Shown here: positions 47,179 through 57,376 of the stretch, in pieces | How positions within the stretch are numbered: position 1 is the first letter of the stretch | How the letters are laid out: each line of letters opens with the position of its first letter | Source of the DNA: Candidatus Micrarchaeota archaeon | GTDB taxonomy: Archaea; Micrarchaeota; Micrarchaeia; Burarchaeales; Fermentimicrarchaeaceae | Assembly: GCA_013425335.1 (NCBI GenBank) | Contig: JACCLG010000050.1 | Coordinates: 17,532-81,531 of the forward strand | DNA length: 64,000 bases | Direction: 5' to 3' | Notes under the pieces: generated by a model | The model's database searches: none | Seen by the model: only the letters and a program-made list of their open reading frames with translations | What the model was told of the DNA's origin: nothing | Program-made: the position numbers and the translations under genes

Positions 47179-48075
47179 ATGTTTATCCTGGGAGCAGGGG
47201 CTATAGGGAGCTCATGCGGCGCGATGCTGTCAGGCAAGAATGATGTCACGCTTATTGGCGACAAGAAGCATGTTGATGCAATAAACGAAAAAGGGCTGGT
47301 TGTCAAGGGAGGGATGGAGGGCGTGCTGCGCATAAAGGCGGACACGCAGATAAGGGAAATTCCAGAGAACTCCCTGATAATCCTCACAACCAAGGTGCAT
47401 GACTCTCAGAAAGCTCTGGAGGGAGTTGCGAAGCTCCTGAGGGAGGATACAACCATACTCATATTGCAGAATGGGATTGGGAACGAGGAGCTTGTGAAAG
47501 CCGTTGTCGGGAACAAGCCGCACCTGGAGAGGGGCGTGCTGCACTTTGGGGCGGAATTCCTAAAGCCAGGCGAGGTCACAATAATGAAGGGCTGGGTTGT
47601 GCTCGGCAACACCGAAAAGAGTAGGGAAATTGCCAACCTGTTCAACGGGAGCGGGCTGGAGACAAGGCTGGTTGACGACTTGAAAAAGGATGTCTGGAAG
47701 AAGCTGGTGACAAACTGCGTGATAAACCCGCTCACCGCAATATTGGAGATTAGGGATTACGAGATTGTGGTGCCGAGTCTTGACAAACTGCGGCACGGCA
47801 TAGTGCACGAATGCATCCAAGTTGCAAGGGCTGAAGGGGTGGAGTTTGACGGGGGCTTTGCTGAAGCTGTGGACAAGGAGGTGGCAGGGCTTAAGAACTA
47901 CTCCTCCATGCACCAGGATTTGATGAAAGGAAAGAAGACGGAAATAGATTTTCTGAACGGGAAGATTGTTGAGATTGGGGAAAAGCATGCAATACCCACT
48001 CCCATGAATGAGGCGCTTGTCTGCATGATAAAATACCTGGAGGAAACACATGCTAGAAGGGTTGAAGGGAAATAG
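47179..48075 (+). CDS. panE: 2-dehydropantoate 2-reductase (ketopantoate reductase)
   Basis: N-terminal Rossmann ILGAGAIGS; KPR family length and C-terminal domain. Confidence 0.75.
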   Translation: MFILGAGAIGSSCGAMLSGKNDVTLIGDKKHVDAINEKGLVVKGGMEGVLRIKADTQIREIPENSLIILTTKVHDSQKALEGVAKLLREDTTILILQNGIGNEELVKAVVGNKPHLERGVLHFGAEFLKPGEVTIMKGWVVLGNTEKSREIANLFNGSGLETRLVDDLKKDVWKKLVTNCVINPLTAILEIRDYEIVVPSLDKLRHGIVHECIQVARAEGVEFDGGFAEAVDKEVAGLKNYSSMHQDLMKGKKTEIDFLNGKIVEIGEKHAIPTPMNEALVCMIKYLEETHARRVEGK

Positions 48076-48802
48076 GAAAGTCGTGATGCTCACTGCCTAC
48101 GACTACCAGGTTGCAAGGCTTGTTGAGCAGGCAGGAGTTGACCTGATTCTTGTCGGGGACAGCCTTGGCATGGTGGTGCTTGGTTACGAAAGCACAAAGC
48201 AGGTCACCATGCAAGAGATGCTGCACCACACGAGGGCAGTTGCAAGAGGGGCGAGGAATACCCCCATAATCGGGGATATGCCCATCGGCTCCTATGCCAC
48301 GCCCCAGTTGGCGGTTGAGAATGCAAGGAAGTTCATTGAAGTAGGCGCGAAGGGAGTGAAGGTTGAAGGGTGCGTGACAGATGTCATAGAAAGGCTGGTT
48401 TCAGACGGCATCCCTGTCATGGGGCACCTTGGGCTGCTCCCGCAGACTGCCGAGAGCTACAAGCTTGTTGGGAAGGGAGATGATGCAGAGAAGATATTCA
48501 GGGATGCCCAGACAGTTGACAAGCTTGGAGTTTTCTCCCTTGTTCTTGAATGCATGCCTGAGCAGCTTGCAAAGAAGATAACTGAGAATGTTAAAAGTAT
48601 AACCATAGGCATAGGGGCAGGCAAATACTGCGATGGCCAGGTGCTTGTCATCAATGATCTGCTTGGAATGGATGAAAGCTTCAAGCCCAAGTATGTGAAG
48701 AGGTATGCTAAGCTTTCAGAAGTTATAAAGAAAGCAGTTGTGGACTTCAGGGAAGAGGTTAAGGACGGAAGATTCCCGGATGATGCTCATTCTTTTCACT
48801 GA
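48050..48802 (+). CDS. panB: 3-methyl-2-oxobutanoate hydroxymethyltransferase (ketopantoate hydroxymethyltransferase)
   Basis: VVMLTAYDY...LILVGDSLGMV hallmark. Confidence 0.85.
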   Translation: MLEGLKGNRKVVMLTAYDYQVARLVEQAGVDLILVGDSLGMVVLGYESTKQVTMQEMLHHTRAVARGARNTPIIGDMPIGSYATPQLAVENARKFIEVGAKGVKVEGCVTDVIERLVSDGIPVMGHLGLLPQTAESYKLVGKGDDAEKIFRDAQTVDKLGVFSLVLECMPEQLAKKITENVKSITIGIGAGKYCDGQVLVINDLLGMDESFKPKYVKRYAKLSEVIKKAVVDFREEVKDGRFPDDAHSFH

Positions 48803-49917
48803 AAGTTGGTTCTATGATAAAAAACAGATGATACGTCCTTTATCCCTGCATTGCTTCTTACGGAATTCCTCTTGAAATGAGTTCTTGAGACTTTAAACCC
48901 TTTCTGCCTTAGCTTTTCAATGAAACTCTCGAAATTCGGGGGAGATTTCCTCACTTTCTCGGCAACCTTGTGCAAGTCGAAGTATGTCGGGGGCATGCCC
49001 GCCTCCTCCTCCATTAGAGACAGAATTTCATCAATTTTGAGCTTGTTGCCGTAGTCCCTCTGGCGGTTTATCTCCCTCATGCATCCGAGGAACCTGGCGT
49101 TCCACAGCTCGCCAAGGAAAAGCGGGCCTGCGTGCATAAGTTTCCCGCCGCATTTCGGGCATTTCTCCTTCAGAAGAGGCGGGTTGAACCTCCACTCCCT
49201 ATGCAGGCATATTGGACAGTGGGAGATGTAACCCAGCTTCTTCATGCCTGCAACCGCTCCGTCGGCACCTGCCCTGAGCTTAACAAAAAGCTTGAAGAAA
49301 TGCTGGACCGACAGAGACAGGTAGAATTCCACTCCAAGGTTCAGGGTGGACGCCTGCCTTACAACTGCGCCTGCAAGTATCCTCACCCCAATCTCATGGC
49401 AGTACTCATTGTCAATTGGCGTTGCCCCATAGTTCTTCAGGCATGCTCTCGGATGGGCGCCGCAGAGAACAGCCGTGTCTGTTGCAGTCACAGAGAGCAT
49501 TCCTTCTTTTCTGAAAGATGCAAGCGCGCTCTGCAGGTAAGGAAGAGGAGTCCCGAAAGGGTCTATCTCAACCCAGTCAAACACCCTGTTGTGAAACAGA
49601 AAGTCATTTATGTGGCAGCAGTGCACCTTGTAGCTTTTCAGCTTGTTGAGCTTTGCATTCCTCCCGGCAAGCTTGCATGCATTCTCATCCATGTCAACGA
49701 ACTCAACTTTCCCGATACAGTCATTCTCTTTGCCGTACCTTATACCTCTCGCACCTGTAGCGCACAGCCCATCAACAAGATGCATCTTTCTTCCAAGCTC
49801 CCTGCAGTATGCTCCCACCGCTATGCTGGAGATGTCCCTGCAAAGCTCCATCTGAGGGTTGAAGAAGACCTTATCTGATAATACCAGCTCAGCCTTTCCT
49901 TCTTTCACTTTTTTCAT
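48796..49917 (-). CDS. trm1: tRNA (guanine26-N2)-dimethyltransferase Trm1
   Basis: Trm1 family features (FNPQMELCRD, DGLCATGARGIRY) and C-terminal Zn cluster (CPICL...CPKCG). Confidence 0.8.
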   Translation of the reverse strand: MKKVKEGKAELVLSDKVFFNPQMELCRDISSIAVGAYCRELGRKMHLVDGLCATGARGIRYGKENDCIGKVEFVDMDENACKLAGRNAKLNKLKSYKVHCCHINDFLFHNRVFDWVEIDPFGTPLPYLQSALASFRKEGMLSVTATDTAVLCGAHPRACLKNYGATPIDNEYCHEIGVRILAGAVVRQASTLNLGVEFYLSLSVQHFFKLFVKLRAGADGAVAGMKKLGYISHCPICLHREWRFNPPLLKEKCPKCGGKLMHAGPLFLGELWNARFLGCMREINRQRDYGNKLKIDEILSLMEEEAGMPPTYFDLHKVAEKVRKSPPNFESFIEKLRQKGFKVSRTHFKRNSVRSNAGIKDVSSVFYHRTNFQ

Positions 49918-49983
49918 AAACTCATATTTCGCTGTCCAATTTTATAATCTATCTTTTTATACTTCAAAAACCATAATTTATCC

Positions 49984-50478
49984 ATGGATCTTGGGTTCAA
50001 GTATGCAGAGCATAAGGAGAAAGAGGCCCGTTTTTCCGAGCTGGCCGACGATATAAGGGAGCTTGTTGAAGCGAATATGAACTGGAAGAATAATCCAAAG
50101 CCGTTCCTAAGAAAAGTTATGGAAAAAATAAACGAAAAATCAGAATCTTTGCTCACTTTTGGGGAGAGCGAGAAGAAGTTTGCTATTTTCCTTGAGGATG
50201 CAGTGAAGCAGGCTGCAAAAGCGCCAACTGCGAAGAACCCGGCAACTGTAAAAATTCTTGACCGGAACGTAGACAACGTGATGGACATGGAAAAGGAGAT
50301 ACTCACGGACATGGGAACGATAGCGCAGGTTATAACCCTCGCCAACAGGCAGAACATTCAGGGGCTCAGCAAGTTAATAGAGAAGCCAGATTCTCAAATA
50401 ATGGTCGATTTAACTATTTCACAAGGCGAGTGGGAGAAGATAGTGAGAGCTGATTTTAGAAGGAAAGTATTGGATTGA
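49984..50478 (+). CDS. Hypothetical protein (164 aa)
   Basis: ORF only. Confidence 0.4.
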   Translation: MDLGFKYAEHKEKEARFSELADDIRELVEANMNWKNNPKPFLRKVMEKINEKSESLLTFGESEKKFAIFLEDAVKQAAKAPTAKNPATVKILDRNVDNVMDMEKEILTDMGTIAQVITLANRQNIQGLSKLIEKPDSQIMVDLTISQGEWEKIVRADFRRKVLD

Positions 50479-50479
50479 C

Positions 50480-50890
50480 TCACTTCTCAAACTTCTTTCC
50501 CTGCTCCAATTTCCCTTCTATCATCTTGTTGAAGGCAAACTCCAAAACTCTTTTGAAAGCAGCCCTCTCGCTATCTCCGAGCTTCATCGCTATCTTTGTA
50601 TTGCCCTCCACGCTGAAGAACCCCTCATTGTAGCTTATCCTATTCTTCTTTTCCACATTCTCCAGAGTGGTGAATGTATGGAATGCGCTCCAGCTCTTGT
50701 TTTTCTCCAGAGCATCTGCAAGCCCAGCAACCTCATCCGCATCAAGCTTCACCCTGTTCTTGTTCACCTTGTCGCTGAGAGTCATGAAAAGCGCGCAGTC
50801 TCCTGACCTGCAGTCGCCAAGCGATATTGTAAGGGAAGTTGTTTTTTCCTCAGTTTGGTGTATAAACGAATGAATAACGCTCAAAGGCAT
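50480..50890 (-). CDS. Hypothetical protein (136 aa)
   Basis: ORF only. Confidence 0.4.
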   Translation of the reverse strand: MPLSVIHSFIHQTEEKTTSLTISLGDCRSGDCALFMTLSDKVNKNRVKLDADEVAGLADALEKNKSWSAFHTFTTLENVEKKNRISYNEGFFSVEGNTKIAMKLGDSERAAFKRVLEFAFNKMIEGKLEQGKKFEK

Positions 50891-50894
50891 AATA

Positions 50895-51350
50895 TCACCT
50901 CTTTTTCGTTTTCAACTGGTCCATCTGGACTCCTGCCTGCTTGAAAAGCTCAAAAGCCTCCTTGTCTGCGTAATCCCCAGAATAAACAACCCTGTTTATA
51001 CCGGCGTTTATTATCATCTTGGCACATATCTTGCAGGGTATCCCGTTGACATACATTGTTGCATCCTTTGATGAAACTCCGTGAAGCGCGCACTGGATAA
51101 TTGCATTCTGCTCAGCATGAACTCCCCTGCATATCTCATGGTGAGTCCCGCTGGCTATGCCAAGCTCATCCCTTAAACAACCGAGCTCAAGGCAGTGCGG
51201 CAGTCCCTTGGGAGCTCCGTTATAGCCAGTTGCCAGCAGCCTCTTGTCTTTAACTATCACTGCTCCGAAATTGTGCCTCTTGCAGGTCGACCTCTCTGCA
51301 ACATCATTGCATATCTTCATGAAATATTCATCCCAAGAAGGCCTCGGCAT
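50895..51350 (-). CDS. dCMP deaminase (cytidine/deoxycytidylate deaminase family)
   Basis: HAEQNAI and [14 protein letters not shown] zinc-binding motifs. Confidence 0.8.
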   Translation of the reverse strand: MPRPSWDEYFMKICNDVAERSTCKRHNFGAVIVKDKRLLATGYNGAPKGLPHCLELGCLRDELGIASGTHHEICRGVHAEQNAIIQCALHGVSSKDATMYVNGIPCKICAKMIINAGINRVVYSGDYADKEAFELFKQAGVQMDQLKTKKR

Positions 51351-51458
51351 GGTTCACCTCTCTTACCTATTTGCAGGGAAACGAATTTAATACTTTTATG
51401 TTCTCTAAACAAGAATTCTAGTATTCCAGCAAAGAATTTAAATTATTAACACCAATTC

Positions 51459-52601
51459 ATGTATGGTGTTTTTCTGAGAAAACAAGTTCTTTTACTGGCT
51501 ATTCTCCTTCTCTGCTTGACCGCAAACGCAGCAAATCTCACCGTCTACTTCTTCTACTCCACAAGCTGCTCGCACTGCCATGCAGAGTCAGTATTCCTCA
51601 CGAGGATTGAACCAAAATACCCCTCTCTGGAAATAAAGAGTCTTCCTGTGGACATATCATCATCAAACGCAAAGCTCATGAAAGATTTCATGGAAGCTAA
51701 TAACGTCTCCTCCACGGCAGGAGTCCCGCAGACATACATAGGAAATTCAGTGGTGATTGGCTATGCTGGTGACGACACCACAGGCAAGCTCATTGAGCAG
51801 AGGATACAGGAATGCCTGCAGAGCGGATGCAACCAAACAGTCGCCACCACAGAGGAGTATGTATTTGAATATCCAATAATCGGAAGAGTAGACATCAGGA
51901 CTCTCTCCCTCCCTTTCCTCAGCTTTCTGCTCGGCTTACTTGACGGCTTCAACCCATGCGCAATGTGGGTGCTAATCTACCTCATAACAATGCTGGCAGG
52001 GACAAGAAGCAGGAGAAAGATGATACTTGTTGTGGGGACTTTTGTGCTTGTCTCAGGACTCTGGTATTTCCTCATACTGAGCGGCTGGCTGAAGCTGTGG
52101 GACATTATAGGGTTTACCGACATAACCCGCATCCTCATCGGCATCATTGCTGTTGTCGTGGGAATACTCAACCTCAAAGATTACATAACTCTGCCGGCAG
52201 CGGTCTGCAAGGTTACTGATGCGGCTTCCCAGAGTAGCATTATGAAAAAAATTGATGAAATAACAAAGCCCAGTGCAATGCCGGCAACCCTTCTGGGCAT
52301 AATCATCCTTGCAGTCACCGTGAACACAATAGAATTTGCCTGCTCAGCTGGCTTCCCTGCCACATTCACAAGAATCCTAGCCCTCAATAAACTGCCTTCG
52401 CTTGAATACTACTTCTACATTCTCATGTACATATTCTTTTACATGCTTGATGATATGATTCTTTTCAGCATTGCAGTGCTGACCCTCAGCTCAACTGACT
52501 TCTCCGCAAAATACGGCAAGTTCTCCCAGCTCATCGGCGGTGTTGTCCTGCTTGTACTCGGGTTGCTTCTTCTACTCATGCCGGGTGTCCTTAGCGGCTG
52601 A
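51459..52601 (+). CDS. Thioredoxin-fold (CSHC) domain fused to CcdA/DsbD-like transmembrane thiol-disulfide transporter
   Basis: Signal peptide; CSHCHAE redox motif; TM domain with FNPC motif typical of CcdA/DsbD. Confidence 0.65.
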   Translation: MYGVFLRKQVLLLAILLLCLTANAANLTVYFFYSTSCSHCHAESVFLTRIEPKYPSLEIKSLPVDISSSNAKLMKDFMEANNVSSTAGVPQTYIGNSVVIGYAGDDTTGKLIEQRIQECLQSGCNQTVATTEEYVFEYPIIGRVDIRTLSLPFLSFLLGLLDGFNPCAMWVLIYLITMLAGTRSRRKMILVVGTFVLVSGLWYFLILSGWLKLWDIIGFTDITRILIGIIAVVVGILNLKDYITLPAAVCKVTDAASQSSIMKKIDEITKPSAMPATLLGIIILAVTVNTIEFACSAGFPATFTRILALNKLPSLEYYFYILMYIFFYMLDDMILFSIAVLTLSSTDFSAKYGKFSQLIGGVVLLVLGLLLLLMPGVLSG

Positions 52602-52665
52602 TTCACCCTTAAAGAATTTAAATGGTGGTTTCGAATTCATCAAAGGTGCTGTTTTGAGAAAAATT

Positions 52666-53229
52666 ATGCTTCTGTCAATATTCCTGCTTTCACTGACAGC
52701 TCAGGCAGCAAATGTGACCTTATACCTCTTCTACTCAACAACATGCTCTCACTGCCATGCTGAGCTTCTTTTCCTTGACAATATCAGCACCCAATACCCA
52801 TGGCTTGACATAAAGAAATTCGCCGTTGATACTTCTGAAGAGGACTACGCCCTCATGAAGAGGTTCGCCAAGGCATACTCTGTTCCTGCCGATTACGGGG
52901 TTCCCCAGACATACATAGGCGATGAGGCATTGGTAGGCTACTGGAACTACAACACCCACGGCAAGCTCATCCAGGAGATGATAGAGAACTGCTCCAGAAC
53001 CGGATGCGCTGACCCGCTTGCAATTGTGCAGAGAAAGGAGAGCGGACAGGCTGTGAATACAACCTTTATTGAAAATAACCTTATGGAGTTACCTCTTGTA
53101 GGCATAGTAAATACAGGTTCCATCCCGCTTTCCTATGTAATAGTGGCAGTAGTAGTTGCTCTTCTGTTCCTCCTCCTTCTGCGGGCGTTCATAAAGAAAA
53201 TACTGAAATCTCGCAGGAGCCGCTCATAG
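52666..53229 (+). CDS. Secreted thioredoxin-fold protein (CSHC) with C-terminal TM anchor; paralog of the N-terminal domain of the upstream gene
   Basis: N-terminus ANVTLYLFYSTTCSHCHAE parallels ANLTVYFFYSTSCSHCHAE upstream; internal ATG 52666 chosen. Confidence 0.6.
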   Translation: MLLSIFLLSLTAQAANVTLYLFYSTTCSHCHAELLFLDNISTQYPWLDIKKFAVDTSEEDYALMKRFAKAYSVPADYGVPQTYIGDEALVGYWNYNTHGKLIQEMIENCSRTGCADPLAIVQRKESGQAVNTTFIENNLMELPLVGIVNTGSIPLSYVIVAVVVALLFLLLLRAFIKKILKSRRSRS

Positions 53230-54309
53230 AATCTTCTCAAGCATGGTAATAATATCCTCCTTTTTCATCTCCACCAAATTTGTCTCAAGGGTTGAGGCAA
53301 CCACGCCGTCTGCTATGAGCGGTATGTCATCCTTCTTGATTCCAAACTCGCTGAGCCTTGTCTTCAGCCCAATCTCCTTGAAAAGCTCCCTCATCTTCTC
53401 AGGCCCGTACAGCTGCGTTATCCTGTTTATCTTTTCGGAACGCAGGGCATTGAACTCCATCACTTCAGGCAAAGTTAATGAGCATGCATTCCCGTGTGCA
53501 ACCCCAAAATTGATTGTGAGCGGATAGGAAATTGCATGCGCAGCGCATGTCCATGCATTGCTTATCGCCATCCCTCCGAGCAGGCTTGCGAGCGACATCT
53601 CCTCCCTGGCATCCATATTCTCAGGCTCCTGGCACGCCTTCTTCAGGTTGTCGAAAATCAACTTTGCAGCCCTCAGTGCCAGGTAATCTGTTATTGGCTG
53701 CGCCTTCTTCGACCACAGCGCCTCAAGCGCATGCGCAAGAGCATCTACCCCAGTATTTGCGGTGAGCTCAGCAGGCATGCTCGCGGTGAGCTCTGGGTCG
53801 ACCACCGCAACCTTGGGGAAGAGCTGCCTGTTTCTGATGGGTGCCTTGAGTTTCTTCTCCTTGTCGGATATCACCGCAAAAGGGGTCACCTCGCTACCTG
53901 TGCCTGCAGTTGTGGGTATTGCTATGAGAGGCAGGCCCTTCTTTTCAATCCTCTTTTTCTGGAAGGCGTAATCATATGCTTTTCCTTTGTTGACCGCTAT
54001 GGAAGCCATGAGCTTTGCAGCATCTATTACGCTCCCGCCTCCAAGTGCTATGACGAGCTCGCATCCCTCCTTTTCAATTACCTCCACCCCGCCGTCGACA
54101 TTCTGGTGAGTGGGGTTGGGCTCAACATTGTCATACACTGAAACTTGAGCATTGCTGAGCTGCTTCTTTATCCTTCCCAACGGCTCTTCGCGGAATCTGC
54201 TCTTCCCAGTCACAAACAGTACCTTTTTCCTGTCCACATTCTCCCACACCCTGCTGAGGCTGCCTCTCCCGAAAATTATCTTCGTTGGCAGCTGGAATTC
54301 CCAACCCAT
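53224..54309 (-). CDS. Iron-containing alcohol dehydrogenase family protein
   Basis: GGGSVIDAAK and HAISYPLTINFGVAHG Fe-ADH motifs. Confidence 0.7.
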   Translation of the reverse strand: MGWEFQLPTKIIFGRGSLSRVWENVDRKKVLFVTGKSRFREEPLGRIKKQLSNAQVSVYDNVEPNPTHQNVDGGVEVIEKEGCELVIALGGGSVIDAAKLMASIAVNKGKAYDYAFQKKRIEKKGLPLIAIPTTAGTGSEVTPFAVISDKEKKLKAPIRNRQLFPKVAVVDPELTASMPAELTANTGVDALAHALEALWSKKAQPITDYLALRAAKLIFDNLKKACQEPENMDAREEMSLASLLGGMAISNAWTCAAHAISYPLTINFGVAHGNACSLTLPEVMEFNALRSEKINRITQLYGPEKMRELFKEIGLKTRLSEFGIKKDDIPLIADGVVASTLETNLVEMKKEDIITMLEKIL

Positions 54310-54522
54310 TTACCTCTCCTCAAGCTTTTTTACCGCGTCAATGAGCCCGTGTGCATAATTTATGCATCCAAAAGCAGTCACATAATCCTTCTTGTCAAGG
54401 TAGAACTGCGCATCCCTGCAGTACCTGATTGCAAGCTCAACCACCTCGGGCGCGCCCTTCACTTCCTTAACGCTTTTATAGAACTGCTCTATGTCGTCCC
54501 TTATCCTCTTCTCCTCGTTCAT
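54310..54522 (-). CDS. Small hypothetical protein (70 aa)
   Basis: ORF abutting the Fe-ADH gene. Confidence 0.35.
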   Translation of the reverse strand: MNEEKRIRDDIEQFYKSVKEVKGAPEVVELAIRYCRDAQFYLDKKDYVTAFGCINYAHGLIDAVKKLEER

Positions 54523-54560
54523 GGTAGGTATTTTAATTTTCTTTTATTTTAATCTATCCT

Positions 54561-55520
54561 ATGCATGACAGAGTGATACTGGGAGGGACGTTTGAAACCC
54601 TCCATGAGGGGCACAGGAAACTGCTCAGGCTTGCCATTTCCTCAGGGAGGAGGGTTTACATAGGTTTGACAAGCGACGAGTTCACCCGGGCGAACAAAAA
54701 ATACAGGTGTTCCTCATTCGCCTCTAGAAAACGAAGGATTAAGAAATTCCTTGGAAAAAATATGAAGAGAGCAGAGATATTCAAGCTCGATGACGTCTAC
54801 GGCCCGACCCTGGAGGGCAAGTTTGATGCAATAGTTGTCAGCGAGGAGACCAGGGAGAAGGCGGAGGAGATAAACCGGCTGAGAAGCATCAAAGGGCTGA
54901 AGCCGCTGACAATAATCACAATACCCCTTCTCCATGCGGATGATTTTAAGAAGCTATCATGCGAGAGGATAAGAATGGGCGAGGTGGATGAGCAGGGCAG
55001 GAGGAGCAAGCTGGTGCTTCTGGGGGTGGGCTCCACGAACCCGGCCAAGCTGAAAGGCATTGAGAAAATTGCAAGAAAGATATTCAAAAAGTTCAGAATA
55101 CGCGGCATCAAGGTTGCCTCAAGGATTCACGGCCAGCCGTTTGACAATGATACAGTTGCAGGTGCCGTGGAAAGGGCCAAGGTTGCTAAGAAAAAGCTCA
55201 GGGCAGACTATGGTATCGGGCTGGAGAGCGGGCTTTTCAGATTCGAAGGAAGATACTTCGACTGCCTGGTTTGCGCGGTATACGACGGTGAAGTAATCAC
55301 AATTGGCTACAGCATGGCATTTGAAATTCCCAATGAGCTGGGCGAAGAGATGAGGAAAACCGGGAAAACCATGAGCCGGCTTTTCGCAAAGCTCAGCGGA
55401 GTTGCAGACATAGGCAAAAAGAAGGGGGCAATAGGCTACCTCTCCAACGGTCTGGCCGAGAGAAGCCAGATGAGCGAGCAGGCTTTCCTCTGCGCCATGA
55501 TACCGCGAATTAACCCGTGA
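54561..55520 (+). CDS. coaD: Fusion: archaeal-type phosphopantetheine adenylyltransferase (PPAT) + YjjX/DUF84-family inosine/xanthosine triphosphatase
   Basis: N-terminal nucleotidyltransferase HxGH (GGTFETLHEGHRKLL); C-terminal LGVGSTNPAKL...GKKKGAIGYLSNGLAERS matches YjjX ITPase motifs. Confidence 0.7.
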   Translation: MHDRVILGGTFETLHEGHRKLLRLAISSGRRVYIGLTSDEFTRANKKYRCSSFASRKRRIKKFLGKNMKRAEIFKLDDVYGPTLEGKFDAIVVSEETREKAEEINRLRSIKGLKPLTIITIPLLHADDFKKLSCERIRMGEVDEQGRRSKLVLLGVGSTNPAKLKGIEKIARKIFKKFRIRGIKVASRIHGQPFDNDTVAGAVERAKVAKKKLRADYGIGLESGLFRFEGRYFDCLVCAVYDGEVITIGYSMAFEIPNELGEEMRKTGKTMSRLFAKLSGVADIGKKKGAIGYLSNGLAERSQMSEQAFLCAMIPRINP

Positions 55521-55586
55521 ATTGACGGAATGAAAGTAATAAATACCCCTGGATGCACATACAACAATATAAAATAAAGAAGGTGA

Positions 55587-56234
55587 TTGGATATGGCAGA
55601 CGTTACTATGCCGCCTGGCGCTCTATCATTTCAGGAGCAGCTTGACTTGATGATAGATGACATTGACAGGTCAATAGCAGGAAAATATGTTTTCACACTG
55701 CGCGACCTGCTTGAGAATCCGGATGATTACGCTGAAACTTCGGATATTGACAAGGAGATTGACAAACTCAAGGGGGATGTGAACGCATACTTTGATGACA
55801 TGATTTCAGGCGCTTCAGAGCAGGTGGCCAAATACAAGGACGACGCAATGAAGTCGACGAGGCTGGCGGAGAAATTCGAGGGAGTCCTGAAGGACAAGGT
55901 CAAGAGCGCGAAGAAGCCCTTCGTTTCACCGTTCTACTTCGTAAGGAAAGAGGATGAGGATGAGGTAATATTCATTGACAACTATGACACCGCATACGAA
56001 GCGCTTGTGGACGAGCTGCTGAAATCCACAATGTTCGTTGTAAATGCAAGCATAGAAGTCGACACATTCAAGATGGGCCGCTGGGTTTTCGTCGGAGAGA
56101 ACAAGAACATGGGCATCTCCATATTCTTCCCGGTGAACCCCGTAGGGGTTCTGGAATTGGCGAAGGACCAGCTGGCAACTGCCCTGGACGGGGTAAAACT
56201 CGACCTGGAAGCATCGGGAAAAACCAGGGCGTAG
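55587..56234 (+). CDS. Hypothetical protein (215 aa)
   Basis: ORF only. Confidence 0.4.
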   Translation: MDMADVTMPPGALSFQEQLDLMIDDIDRSIAGKYVFTLRDLLENPDDYAETSDIDKEIDKLKGDVNAYFDDMISGASEQVAKYKDDAMKSTRLAEKFEGVLKDKVKSAKKPFVSPFYFVRKEDEDEVIFIDNYDTAYEALVDELLKSTMFVVNASIEVDTFKMGRWVFVGENKNMGISIFFPVNPVGVLELAKDQLATALDGVKLDLEASGKTRA

Positions 56235-57368
56235 TCACTCCTTAAAAATGAACTTGTCTATCTCCTTCTTAGCTTTCTCTCTTTTTTCTTGGTGTTGCTT
56301 CAGGAAAGCATTAATCTTTTCGATAAGTACTGCTTTCAGCTCTCCGGTAAGCATCTTCCCAGACTTGTAGTCTTCGTATATTTCCTTCAGCTTTCTGTCA
56401 TCTTCCTCAAAGAATGTCAGCCACCTGTAAGATACGTCAACAGCAGGGTTTCCGCCCTTCCTTCTTTGCTCTTCAACCGTGGCCTGGCCTCCTGAGAATG
56501 CATACTTGTTTATCTTCTCCCTCACAACTGCCGGGGAGTCCGTTGTGAAAATTGCCGTATGCTGCTCTGAGGACGACATCTTGCCCTGCTCCATCATTCC
56601 CCCCAGCCCAGGCAGGAACATGTCGTGTATAGCTGCAGGCTTGTAATAGCCGAGCTTGGGCAGCACATCCCTGGACACCCTGAAGTGGGCATCCTGGTCT
56701 ATGGCATGAGGGATGAGGCAGGGTATGTTCCTTCCCTCCAAAACCGACGGCAGGAAGGCTGGAACAGACTGCATCGCGGTATAAAATATCGAGCCTATGT
56801 TGGTCTCATTGTCAAAGCCGAAAACCGCCTTTGCGGTTGAGAACGTTATCTTTTTGGCTACCCTGCACGCTTCCTTGTACATCAGATTTGCATGAACAGT
56901 GTCAATTATGAAATGTGTCCTTTTCTGGTCGAACCCCAGCGCTATTACATCCAACGCATTTTCATAAGTCCATTTCTTCGTATCCTCAAGAGTCAGTTCA
57001 TCCTTGAACAAGAACTTCTCCTCATCCGGGAACTGGAACCATAGCTCCACATTAAACTTGTCCTGCAGCCATTTCGTGAACATCCACGTAGCTACATGGC
57101 CCATATGCACCGGGCCTGAGGGAGACCTGCCCGTGTACAGGAAGAACTTGTTGCCCTTGTCGTACTCATCCAGCACCCAGTCCAAATCCCTATGTGAGAA
57201 GAAGATGCCCCTCCTCAGGAAATGGCTCAAAGTCCCGGTGTGCTTCCTTATCCTTTCTAGCAAGGTCGGGTCTATCCTTTTCGTCCCGAATTCCTTTATG
57301 AGCTTGTCATAGTCAACCTCCCCGCTGACTTCCCAGGGGGTGACTGTGAATTTATTCTGCATTTTCAA
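56235..57368 (-). CDS. trpS: Tryptophanyl-tRNA synthetase (archaeal type)
   Basis: HIGH-like PSGPVHMGHV, KMSSS, N-terminal TPWEVSGEVDYDKLI typical of archaeal/eukaryotic TrpRS. Confidence 0.8.
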   Translation of the reverse strand: MKMQNKFTVTPWEVSGEVDYDKLIKEFGTKRIDPTLLERIRKHTGTLSHFLRRGIFFSHRDLDWVLDEYDKGNKFFLYTGRSPSGPVHMGHVATWMFTKWLQDKFNVELWFQFPDEEKFLFKDELTLEDTKKWTYENALDVIALGFDQKRTHFIIDTVHANLMYKEACRVAKKITFSTAKAVFGFDNETNIGSIFYTAMQSVPAFLPSVLEGRNIPCLIPHAIDQDAHFRVSRDVLPKLGYYKPAAIHDMFLPGLGGMMEQGKMSSSEQHTAIFTTDSPAVVREKINKYAFSGGQATVEEQRRKGGNPAVDVSYRWLTFFEEDDRKLKEIYEDYKSGKMLTGELKAVLIEKINAFLKQHQEKREKAKKEIDKFIFKE

Positions 57369-57376
57369 TCCACTCT

